Shown here: piece after piece, positions 28,601 to 35,826 of the stretch | Position numbering within the stretch: the stretch's first letter is position 1 | How the letters are laid out: every line of letters starts with the position of its first letter | DNA from: Myxococcota bacterium | Lineage (GTDB): Bacteria > Myxococcota_A > UBA796 > UBA2385 | Length of the DNA: 64,000 nt | Direction: 5' to 3' | Assembly (NCBI GenBank): GCA_044344255.1 | Contig: JBIJDH010000009.1 | Location: 32,001-96,000 of the forward strand | Program-made: the position numbers and the translations under genes | Notes under the pieces: model-generated | The model's database searches: none | The model's input: only the letters and a program-made list of their open reading frames with translations | Told to the model about the DNA's origin: nothing

Positions 28601-29158
28601 CACTTCACGCAGGAGGCTGACCGCTTCGTCACCTTCCGCTTGAAGCCAAACTTCCCGCGGCTGGGGAAGACGCTCGGCAAGGACATGAAGGCCTGCGCCG
28701 CCGCCCTGGCCGCCGCGGACCCCTCCCAGGTGCGCCAGGCCCTGCTGATCCACGGTGGCTGGGACGTCGTACTGCCGGGCGGCGTCGCCCGCCTCACGGG
28801 CGAAGACGTGGTGGTCGAGGTGCAGCCGCGGGAGGGCTTTGAGGCCGCCGGCTCGGCCACCGCCGTGGTGGTGCTCCACGCAGAGCTGGACGACGACCTC
28901 CGCGAGGAGGGACTCGCCCGCGAGGTGATGAACCGCATCCAGACCGGCCGCAAGGAGGCCGACCTCGGCTACACCGACCGCATCACCGTCGAGATCGCGG
29001 GCGGGGCGGCGCTCGTCGCGGCGGTTCAGCGTTTCAACACCTCCCTCGCAGAGGAGACGCTCTCGCTCGCCATCGTGTGTGTCGTGGACGAAGGCGCCGG
29101 CGACCGGGTCGACGAGCACCCCTTCGCCCTCTCCATCACCCGCGTCAGCCGGGCCTGA
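25622..29158 (+). CDS. ileS: Isoleucyl-tRNA synthetase, type 2 (IleRS2)
   Basis: YEGPPTANGTPHNGH, GWDTHGLPVE, WTTTPWTLPSN, GTGIVHTAPAYG, DWALSRERFWGTP, DQTRGWFY, LSNWYVRRSR, EGLARE. Confidence 0.96.
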   Translation: MSAGKPDGKSAGARTTSSAQSADASATHPIPRWRELPRPVELEEEVLRFWKEEHIFEKSLEASRGRPSFVFYEGPPTANGTPHNGHVLTRVMKDLFPRYKSMRGFHVERMAGWDTHGLPVEVEVEKELGMRGGAGTAYRNAREAVLAYGLDSFSQRCIESVFRYTQEWETLTDRIGFWIDLNEAYVTYHREYVESVWWALAELHKKGLLYQGYKVVWWWPEGGTALSSGEVGDGYRDVDDPSVTVRFPVVGEPGVSLLAWTTTPWTLPSNVALAVGPDLDYAYVRVGEETVIVAHALKPEGEVQKVVKGAELIGLRYEPPYRMGDPGGKHWQVVGADHVRTDSGTGIVHTAPAYGEDDFQLAKAEGLGLLALVGPDGRFVEAAPEWLRGVHFKAADKPIMAELKGRGLLYFQGMVRHSYPFSPRSSDDPLMQFARPGWFIRTSTSKERALENNATVNWLPEHIQDGRFGDFLRNNVDWALSRERFWGTPLPVWVCPACGAQEAFDSVSALERRGASGFDTNVDRHLQVHKPWIDRVTVPCAGCDGTMSRVTEVIDCWFDSGCMPFAQFGWPHHNHERFKAAFPADFISEAIDQTRGWFYSLMMISTLLFDDETCERFGLPAAGYPRPFKNCIVLGHVCDMEGKKESKSSGNYTSPDIVLRGRMKMRVVADASLQRGQVGMVKAAVRSIDLSKDERMSLCHEEFGARTLPVSLVAGPSRGKETVALHPSDMAELGITTHCWLIAPFDPPGADAFRWLFYASNPPWTNTRISLRGIREGQREFHLRLANVFQFFTIYATISRFDPENDTVALDQNVLDRWVLGELNQLVSTVSLELDRYRTYEAARAIAGFVDGLSNWYVRRSRSRFWGDGPDTRAALWTLHEVLSTLSRLIAPFVPFMAEAMYQRLGLPAESVHMTQWPSLRGVPLPEGGEALAADMALIRELASLGLAARSKVGVRVRQPLQAAEIILPDPNRGERLQPLLGLLKDELNVRFIHFTQEADRFVTFRLKPNFPRLGKTLGKDMKACAAALAAADPSQVRQALLIHGGWDVVLPGGVARLTGEDVVVEVQPREGFEAAGSATAVVVLHAELDDDLREEGLAREVMNRIQTGRKEADLGYTDRITVEIAGGAALVAAVQRFNTSLAEETLSLAIVCVVDEGAGDRVDEHPFALSITRVSRA

Positions 29159-29182
29159 GCGCGGCCCCACAGACGGACCTGG

Positions 29183-30067
29183 ATGATCGAGCAGAACCTC
29201 CCCCCCGACATCATCCGGGTGCTGTCCTTCCACGGGCCGGCCGACGTCGGCGTGGGAGAGGGGAGCCACAGGGCGGGGGCGCGAATCTCCATCGCGCCCT
29301 TCGAAGATAGGATCTACCTTCTATTTCGCGCAGGAAACCCGATTGAGGCGGCGCTCTTGCGGAGCAACCGGGTGGAGCTCCAGGCCAAGAAGCCGGACGG
29401 CAGCTATCTCTTGCGGATCAGCGGCCGAGGACACGCGGGCCGGCCCCTCGGAGGGCACCCCGATCGCGGCGCCATTGAGCCCTGGCTGCCGGAGGGGATG
29501 CGGACCCACGGGGTGATCGCCGCTCCCTTCACCCCGGAGGAGATCGACTTCTCCCGCGCCGAGGGCGACGACCGGGCCCGTTACTCGGGCCGGACCCCGG
29601 CCGGGAAGCGCCGCCCCTCCGCCAGTGCCGCCTGGCTGCGCGCCGCGTACGGTGGCTTCGCCGGTCTGCTCGTCGTGCCCTCCCTCGTGGTGCCCTGGCT
29701 GTGGCTCACGCTCCAAGGCGCGGAGTACTTCGCCCGCCTGCCCGCCTTCTTCATCACCACCTTCGCCGGCCTGGTCCTGCTCGGGGCCGCCCGCCTCAGC
29801 ACCTTGCCCTTCGCCTTTCGGCGGTGGCGGTCGTCGCGCGCCCGGGACACCGACGTCCCGGTGCTGCTGGAGGCGCTGCTCTCTCCGACGGAGGTGGGGC
29901 AGGTCGCGGCGGCGGGCGGTGTCTTGGCGGTACTGCTCTTGCTGCAGATCGCCTGGATCTGGGGCGGGGGCCTCCTGCTGATCGCGCTCTTCGCCAATGG
30001 GGCCTGGTTGGTGGGCCCGGCCTCCTGGGCGCACCTCACCATGGGCAAGCCCGAATCGACCTCCTGA
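29183..30067 (+). CDS. Hypothetical membrane protein
   Basis: Soluble N-terminal half then about four hydrophobic segments; co-directional 25 bp after ileS. Confidence 0.6.
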   Translation: MIEQNLPPDIIRVLSFHGPADVGVGEGSHRAGARISIAPFEDRIYLLFRAGNPIEAALLRSNRVELQAKKPDGSYLLRISGRGHAGRPLGGHPDRGAIEPWLPEGMRTHGVIAAPFTPEEIDFSRAEGDDRARYSGRTPAGKRRPSASAAWLRAAYGGFAGLLVVPSLVVPWLWLTLQGAEYFARLPAFFITTFAGLVLLGAARLSTLPFAFRRWRSSRARDTDVPVLLEALLSPTEVGQVAAAGGVLAVLLLLQIAWIWGGGLLLIALFANGAWLVGPASWAHLTMGKPESTS

Positions 30068-30108
30068 GCGCTCGTTGTCCCGCGACCTCACCTCTGCCCG
30101 GAGAAGCC

Positions 30109-31167
30109 GTGTCCATCGTCCTTAAGGGAAACAGCCCCTCCGCCCTGACCGCCGGGATCCTCCTCCTGTCCCGGGCGCGGAGCTTCGGTCAGCGCTTCTC
30201 GGTCGAGGTCCTCGGAGATCCCGATGACATCACCACGGTCGTCGGCCCGGCGATGGTCCACAGCCCCGTCCTCGCGAGCTGCGGCATCGGCCGAGAGCTC
30301 GGGAGCGGCGCGCTGGTGATCCTCCCCGGCCCCTCCTCGGAGGACCTCGCGGTCAGCCTCTCGCCGGACGGCACCGGTCCCTGGTTCTGGGTCGACCGCG
30401 CCGGGCAGGGCTGCCACCCAGCGACCCAGGCCTTCATGCGCTTCTGTCGAGCGCCTGCCACGCGAGACGCCGGCCGGGCCCTCCGCCGGGCGCTGACCAC
30501 CCTCGGCGTCGCCCCCGAGCCCTCCGTGCTCGACCTCCTCTTCGGCGCCCCGGCGACCCCGCTCCAGCGCCTCGCCCTCTCGATCCGCGCCGGGCGCGCC
30601 CTCGGAGTCCAACCGGAGAGCGGGGTGACCCGCTACCTCGGCCCGGCGCATGACGGCCTGCCGGACCCGCTGCCCTCTCCTTGCCGCCCCGACGACCTCC
30701 GGGCCGCCTTCGACGACGGCCGTCTGCGCGGCATGGTCGACCGCCTTGGCCTCGGCCTCCAAGACGGCGTGCAGGACTGGCTCGACAGCGTCCGCCCCTC
30801 CCTCGAGGAGCCCGAGAAGGCCGAGCTCCTCGTCGCCCTCGCCGAGATCGGGAGCCATGTCACGTCGCTGCCAGCCCACGCCATGCTTCCCCCCCTCGAC
30901 GCGGCGATGGACGCCGTGGCGGTGGGGCTCGGCCCCTCCCTCGGCGCCGCCGGGCCGGCCAGCGACGCGAACCGCGCCCTGGTCGACACCTTCCGCTTCC
31001 TCGGTGGCCGCTTCACCCAGACCCCGGTGGCCCACCCGTACGCCCTGGCCACGGAGCCGCCGCCCAAAGATCGGCTGGCGCGCTGGATGTGGTTCTGTCG
31101 GGCCACCCGAGAGGCCGCCGACACCGCCGATCGGCTCTGGCGTCAGGTGGTCGACCCGCCGCAATAG
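30109..31167 (+). CDS. Hypothetical protein with degenerate Rossmann-like N-terminus
   Basis: GTG at 30109 after GGAGA; SIVLKGNSPSALTAGILL resembles beta-alpha dinucleotide-binding start lacking GxGxxG. Confidence 0.55.
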   Translation: MSIVLKGNSPSALTAGILLLSRARSFGQRFSVEVLGDPDDITTVVGPAMVHSPVLASCGIGRELGSGALVILPGPSSEDLAVSLSPDGTGPWFWVDRAGQGCHPATQAFMRFCRAPATRDAGRALRRALTTLGVAPEPSVLDLLFGAPATPLQRLALSIRAGRALGVQPESGVTRYLGPAHDGLPDPLPSPCRPDDLRAAFDDGRLRGMVDRLGLGLQDGVQDWLDSVRPSLEEPEKAELLVALAEIGSHVTSLPAHAMLPPLDAAMDAVAVGLGPSLGAAGPASDANRALVDTFRFLGGRFTQTPVAHPYALATEPPPKDRLARWMWFCRATREAADTADRLWRQVVDPPQ

Positions 31168-31262
31168 GGGCCGGCCTCCGGAGGGATGGCTCGGACGGCG
31201 CGCCTTGACAAATGAGCGGTCCGAAGCGATGACAGGAACGTCAGGAGTCCCCCACTCGCCCG

Positions 31263-32117
31263 GTGCCCCGTTTGGATGAGCCCCGCCAGGATGACCTCGA
31301 GAGGATGCCCGATGAGCTCGGGGAGGGCGGGGGTCCGCGTGGAGACGACCGCGGGCGCCGAGGTCCGCCGATGCTGCGCGGAGGGCGCACCCTCCCGCCC
31401 GACATCCTGTACCACGCGACCAGCGAGCGCCGCATCCAGAAGGTGGTCGCGGCTGGCGCCCTCGACGTGAAGGGTGGCCGAGCGGTCTTCCTCTCCCGCT
31501 TCGAGTGGCAGGCGTGGCAGGTGGCCCATCGGCAGGCCACGGACGCCGCCGTGCTCTTCATCGACGCCTCCCGAGCTCGACGCGACGGGGTGCGCTTCGA
31601 GCGCAACGCCCAAGGCCTCTGGCAGGCCACCAGCATCCCGATCCGACACGTCTTGAACCTCCGTGAGGGCTTCGCCGAGCAGGTCTCGGCCGGCGGCGTC
31701 CCGGTCTGGTTCGGCCCCGACGGCCCGGAGCTCGCCCTGATCCGAGTTCACCGTCGCTCCGGCACCACTTGGGAGGTCGCCAAGGGCAAGCTGGAGCTCG
31801 GCGAGACCCCTGCCCAAGCCGGCATGCGCGAGGTCTGCGAGGAGATGGGCTACCCGTTGGAGCTCACCGTGATGCGCGGCCTCGGCGCTGTGCGCTACGG
31901 CTTCACCACCCCGGACGGCGACCCTCGACTGAAGACCCTGCACATGTTCCTCTTCGAGACCCCGACCCGCGTGGAGACCTTCGCCCCAGCCGGCGGAGAG
32001 GGCATTTGCGAGGTGGGCTGGTTCCGCCCCAAGGAGGCTTCGCGGGCGGTGAGCCACCGCAGCCTCCGACCCCTCATGCGGCGCGTGCGATGGCTGCTTG
32101 AGGCCGAGGACGACTGA
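31263..32117 (+). CDS. KptA/Tpt1 NAD-binding-lobe + NUDIX hydrolase fusion
   Basis: PPDILYHAT...RAVFLS...VLFIDA...DGVRFERNAQGLWQATSIP, then Nudix box KGKLELGETPAQAGMREVCEEMG; start may be ATG 31371. Confidence 0.75.
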   Translation: MPRLDEPRQDDLERMPDELGEGGGPRGDDRGRRGPPMLRGGRTLPPDILYHATSERRIQKVVAAGALDVKGGRAVFLSRFEWQAWQVAHRQATDAAVLFIDASRARRDGVRFERNAQGLWQATSIPIRHVLNLREGFAEQVSAGGVPVWFGPDGPELALIRVHRRSGTTWEVAKGKLELGETPAQAGMREVCEEMGYPLELTVMRGLGAVRYGFTTPDGDPRLKTLHMFLFETPTRVETFAPAGGEGICEVGWFRPKEASRAVSHRSLRPLMRRVRWLLEAEDD

Positions 32118-33510
32118 GCGCTCGCCTTCGCCGTGCGGCGTATCGGCAGCGCCCGAGGGCGAAGAGGAAGGAGGGCCGCAAGAGCGCGGTGGGCGCATCC
32201 ACCATCTGTGCCACGCGGTAGAAGGCCTCGGAGATGCGGGCGCTGTCGAGCGTCGCGCGCTGTACGAGGTCGACGAAGCGGCCGAGCAAACGCTGTAGGA
32301 GGGGCTGCCGACCGACGTTCTCTGCCAACGGCCAGCGCGCGTCCTCTCCGGTCGCCATCTGCCAGGGCACCGCGACCACGCCGGAGAGCGCAGCCTGGAA
32401 GCGGGCGGCGAGGCCGGTGATCTCAAGGGCGTCCCCCCGGCGATGCGCGCGGAGCACCCCGGACAGCGCGTCTGCCGAGAGGGCCGCCACGGTCATCCCC
32501 TGGCCATAGACCGGGTTCAAAGCACAGAAGGCGTCACCCATCACGAGGAGACCTTCGAGCGGGCGCCGCAGCCGCTCATAGTGGCGGCGGCGGTTCTCTG
32601 CCCGGGTGAACGAGACGATCGGGCCGTCGGGGACCGAGAGCATGAGGAAGCTCGAGAGCTCCGGGCTCGGGAGGCTGCGGGCGTAGGCCAGGAAGCCCGC
32701 CTCGTCGGTCGGGGGCGCGTCGCCGGCCATGCCGAAGAGGGTGACGACCACGCGGTCACCCTCGATGGGCGCGATGATCCCACCTCGGCTCCCGTTCTCG
32801 ACGCCGGGCTGGACGTAACAGACCTCCCAGCGGCGCATCACCTGGGGAAGTCGGCGGTAGATCCGGGTGGCGTAAGCGACCCTGGAGGTGATCACGGTCT
32901 CCGCGGGAGACTCGAAGCCGAGCTCCTGGAGGAAACGCGGCGTCAGCGATCCCCGGCCGCTGGCATCGACGACGAGGTCGGCGGGCAGCCGCTCCTCGAC
33001 CCCGTCCGCCCGACGGACACGCACGGCGACGAGGCGGCGACCGGCGGCATCGAGCTCGACCCCGGTCCAGGTCCGCCCTCCGTCTACCCGGATCCGCGGG
33101 TCTTGAAGGGCCTGCTCTCGGATGCAGGCCTCCATCGCTGGCCGGCTGAGGCTCATCAGGTCCATCGCCGAGCGGTAACGGGGCCGCATGCCGCCGAAGG
33201 CGAACCAGGCGGTGTCGGCGCCGAGGTTGGGCTCCACCGCGCCGCGCGCCCGCATCCGATCTCCGAGGCCGGGGAAGCGGGCCTCCATCGAGAGCTGGCC
33301 TCGCTTGAGGAGCGCGTGGACATGCTGTCCCTGGGGCACCCCCCGCCGAGGGCGGTCGGTCTCCGGACCGAGCGGGTCGCGGTCCAGCAAGATGACCTCG
33401 GAGAAGTGTTCGGCGAGGGCAGCCGCGGCGTTGAGCCCGGCGACGCTGGCGCCGATGACGACGGCGGTCCCCGCGCTGGGGCGGGCGGCGAGGGGGGCAG
33501 GGCGGGGCAT
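32074..33510 (-). CDS. FAD-dependent oxidoreductase/monooxygenase
   Basis: ATG 33510 after GGAGG; AVVIGASVAGL, GVPQGQHVH, LVVDASGRGS, GDAFCALNPVYGQGMTVA. Confidence 0.9.
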   Translation of the reverse strand: MPRPAPLAARPSAGTAVVIGASVAGLNAAAALAEHFSEVILLDRDPLGPETDRPRRGVPQGQHVHALLKRGQLSMEARFPGLGDRMRARGAVEPNLGADTAWFAFGGMRPRYRSAMDLMSLSRPAMEACIREQALQDPRIRVDGGRTWTGVELDAAGRRLVAVRVRRADGVEERLPADLVVDASGRGSLTPRFLQELGFESPAETVITSRVAYATRIYRRLPQVMRRWEVCYVQPGVENGSRGGIIAPIEGDRVVVTLFGMAGDAPPTDEAGFLAYARSLPSPELSSFLMLSVPDGPIVSFTRAENRRRHYERLRRPLEGLLVMGDAFCALNPVYGQGMTVAALSADALSGVLRAHRRGDALEITGLAARFQAALSGVVAVPWQMATGEDARWPLAENVGRQPLLQRLLGRFVDLVQRATLDSARISEAFYRVAQMVDAPTALLRPSFLFALGRCRYAARRRRALSRPRPQAAIARAA

Positions 33511-33545
33511 CGGGCCTCCAACGGGTGGGGTCTCCACGGAGCGGA

Positions 33546-33561
33546 AGCAAAGGCCGTGCCA
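33546..33561 (-). promoter_or_regulatory. sigma54 (-24/-12) promoter
   Basis: Minus strand TGGCACGGCCTTTGCT matches TGGCAC-N5-TTGCW; AT-rich tract just upstream. Confidence 0.85.
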
Positions 33562-33756
33562 ATGACGGACCAAACCAATTGTATGCCTTTTTATTACGCA
33601 AATCACCACGACCCGCAGAGCCTCGAACGCTCGGCTCCGGCGCTCTCCGGCGCTCCCGGCGAACGGCGGCCCCCCCCGTTCGTGGCTGTTCAGGGAGACC
33701 TCCCTCGGCCTGCAATCAGCGGCCGCGTGACGCGTAGGCAGCTTGGAGGGTGCCGG

Positions 33757-34380
33757 ATGTCCAAGGAGCTCGTGCAGGCGCAGGTCACGGAGATGGTCAC
33801 CGAGACGAAGGCGCGGGTGAGCCTGGTGAGCCGGTCGATCGCCCTCTTGTGGGGGATCACCTTCATCGATCGGGTCCTGCTCGCCGGGGGCCTCGAGGCC
33901 TACGGCGTGCGGCCGCGTAGCCTGTCGGGGCTGGCGGGCATCCTGGCGGCTCCCTTCCTCCACGCGGGCTGGGGACACCTGCTGGCCAACACAGTGCCCT
34001 TCGCGATCCTCGGCTTCTTCACCATGGCGCGAAAGCGGATGGACTTTTGGGTGGTCGCGGCCACCTCCGCCGCCTCCGGGGGCCTCGCCGCCTGGCTGCT
34101 CGGCGGTTCGGACTCCGTGCACATCGGCGTAAGCGGGGTCGTCTTCGGGTTCCTCGGCTTCCTGATGGGGCGCGGCGTCTTCGAGCGCCGCATCGGCACG
34201 CTGCTGCTGTCCGGGCTCACCACCTTCTTCTTTGGGGGGCTGCTCATGGGCGTCCTCCCCGTGCTGGCCGGGGCCGGCATCTCCTGGCAGGCCCACCTCG
34301 GCGGCTGGCTGGGTGGGCTGTTGGTGTCCCGGACCCTGGCCCGCGAGCTCAAGCCCGCCGGCGGCGCCCGACGCGGGTGA
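33757..34380 (+). CDS. Rhomboid-family intramembrane serine protease
   Basis: ATG after GGAGG; FLHAGWGHLLAN, HIGVSG (GxSG), WQAHLGG. Confidence 0.92.
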   Translation: MSKELVQAQVTEMVTETKARVSLVSRSIALLWGITFIDRVLLAGGLEAYGVRPRSLSGLAGILAAPFLHAGWGHLLANTVPFAILGFFTMARKRMDFWVVAATSAASGGLAAWLLGGSDSVHIGVSGVVFGFLGFLMGRGVFERRIGTLLLSGLTTFFFGGLLMGVLPVLAGAGISWQAHLGGWLGGLLVSRTLARELKPAGGARRG

Positions 34381-35809
34381 ACAGCGCCGCGAAGGCCAGC
34401 CCGGCGAGCCCCAACCCCGCAGCGCCGCCCCGATTCGAGGTCGAGCAGCCGCCGTGGTAGAAGCCCTCTTGGCAGCCGTCCGGCACGCCGTCCTTGTTGG
34501 CGTCGATCACCGAGTCCACGACGATGAGGTCGATCGTGCCCGAGGTGCTAGCCTCCAGCCAGGAGAAGGTGTCGAGCAACGAGACGTTGCCCTTGGACTT
34601 CTGCGTGAAGTCGCCCCAGGACCGGGCACCGTCGTTGGGCTTCGCGGCGTCGCTAGCGGGGCTCGAGACCATGCCATCGGGCCCGCTGCTCTCGGCGCCA
34701 AGCTCTCCGTTCGGCATGAAGACATCAGCGGACTGCACGAGGGCGTCGTTCCACCGCATCGCGAGCGGTGTGCGACCACCCTCCTCCGTCAGGGAGTACA
34801 GCCGGAAGCCCGGGTAGGAGGTCTCCACGTCGGAGGCGACGAAGTGGAATTCGCCCAGCGAGACGGTGACCTGACAGCTGTAGCTGCCGGCCTCGGTGGG
34901 CTGGCCAGCGTTGTTCCGACCGTCCCAGTACACCGTGTTCTGACCCGCGACGGCGTCTCCGGAGATGGCGAGATCCTGATTGGTGGAGAGGTCGTAGATG
35001 CTGTCGCCGTCCAGATCGCAGATGAGATGGTACGTGCCCGGGTCGGTGCTGGTAAAGGTGAAAGAGCCGCCGATGTAGCCCGGAGCGACCGCCGCGCAGG
35101 GGCCGTCCTCCAGCGTGAGCGCGAGCTCCGTGACCTCAGGCGTCACGATCGCGTAGGACGCGATGCTCGGAGGCGCCAAGTAGATCGGGTACTCGGGGCT
35201 GTACGTCGAGGCGTTCTCCGGCACGCTGCGGCCGGCGTCCTCCCCGTTCACACCTCGCCGATTGGCCGCGAACTGCCACTGGTTTCCGGCGAGACCATCG
35301 GCCTTGAACTCGATGACGCCGTTGAAGCTGCCCGCGTCGTCTCCCACCAAGGTGAAGAAGGAGCCGGCGAAGGAGACGGATTCCGTCCAGTCCTCGGCGT
35401 CCATCAGCCACTCGTAGGAGTAGAGGCGCCCACCGGCCTCACCCTGGCCGAGCACCGCGATGTCCCAGTCACCGCGTTGATCATCGCTGAAGGTGAACTG
35501 ATAGGGGCCGGTCAGCCCACCGGTGTCTACAGGCTCACCGGAGGCGAAGGTGCCCAGCGCCGTGCCATCCGGGGCCGAGACATCCACAGTACCATCCCCG
35601 ACAAAGACTGGATCTTCGGCCGGATCGAGGATGTCTACGTAGACGATCGTGTCACGGAGCAGGTGCTGGGAGCCGAGCTGACCGGCACCCTCCGCGCGAG
35701 CGACGCCGACGGAGGTGGAGGCGACGCCGAACAAGATCAAGGCGCCGAGGACGCGCCCCTGGTGGTACAGGGGGCTGCGAGCGAGCGAGCGAAGGACAGT
35801 GAGGTTCAT
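34349..35809 (-). CDS. Cell-surface protein with FlgD-Ig-like domain and MYXO-CTERM sorting signal
   Basis: Signal peptide ending ARA; VYWDGRNNAGQPTEAGSY; C-terminal GGCST...GLGLAGLAFAALF..RRRR. Confidence 0.8.
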   Translation of the reverse strand: MNLTVLRSLARSPLYHQGRVLGALILFGVASTSVGVARAEGAGQLGSQHLLRDTIVYVDILDPAEDPVFVGDGTVDVSAPDGTALGTFASGEPVDTGGLTGPYQFTFSDDQRGDWDIAVLGQGEAGGRLYSYEWLMDAEDWTESVSFAGSFFTLVGDDAGSFNGVIEFKADGLAGNQWQFAANRRGVNGEDAGRSVPENASTYSPEYPIYLAPPSIASYAIVTPEVTELALTLEDGPCAAVAPGYIGGSFTFTSTDPGTYHLICDLDGDSIYDLSTNQDLAISGDAVAGQNTVYWDGRNNAGQPTEAGSYSCQVTVSLGEFHFVASDVETSYPGFRLYSLTEEGGRTPLAMRWNDALVQSADVFMPNGELGAESSGPDGMVSSPASDAAKPNDGARSWGDFTQKSKGNVSLLDTFSWLEASTSGTIDLIVVDSVIDANKDGVPDGCQEGFYHGGCSTSNRGGAAGLGLAGLAFAALFTRVGRRRRA

Positions 35810-35826
35810 GTTCGTCTCTCGGCGAG

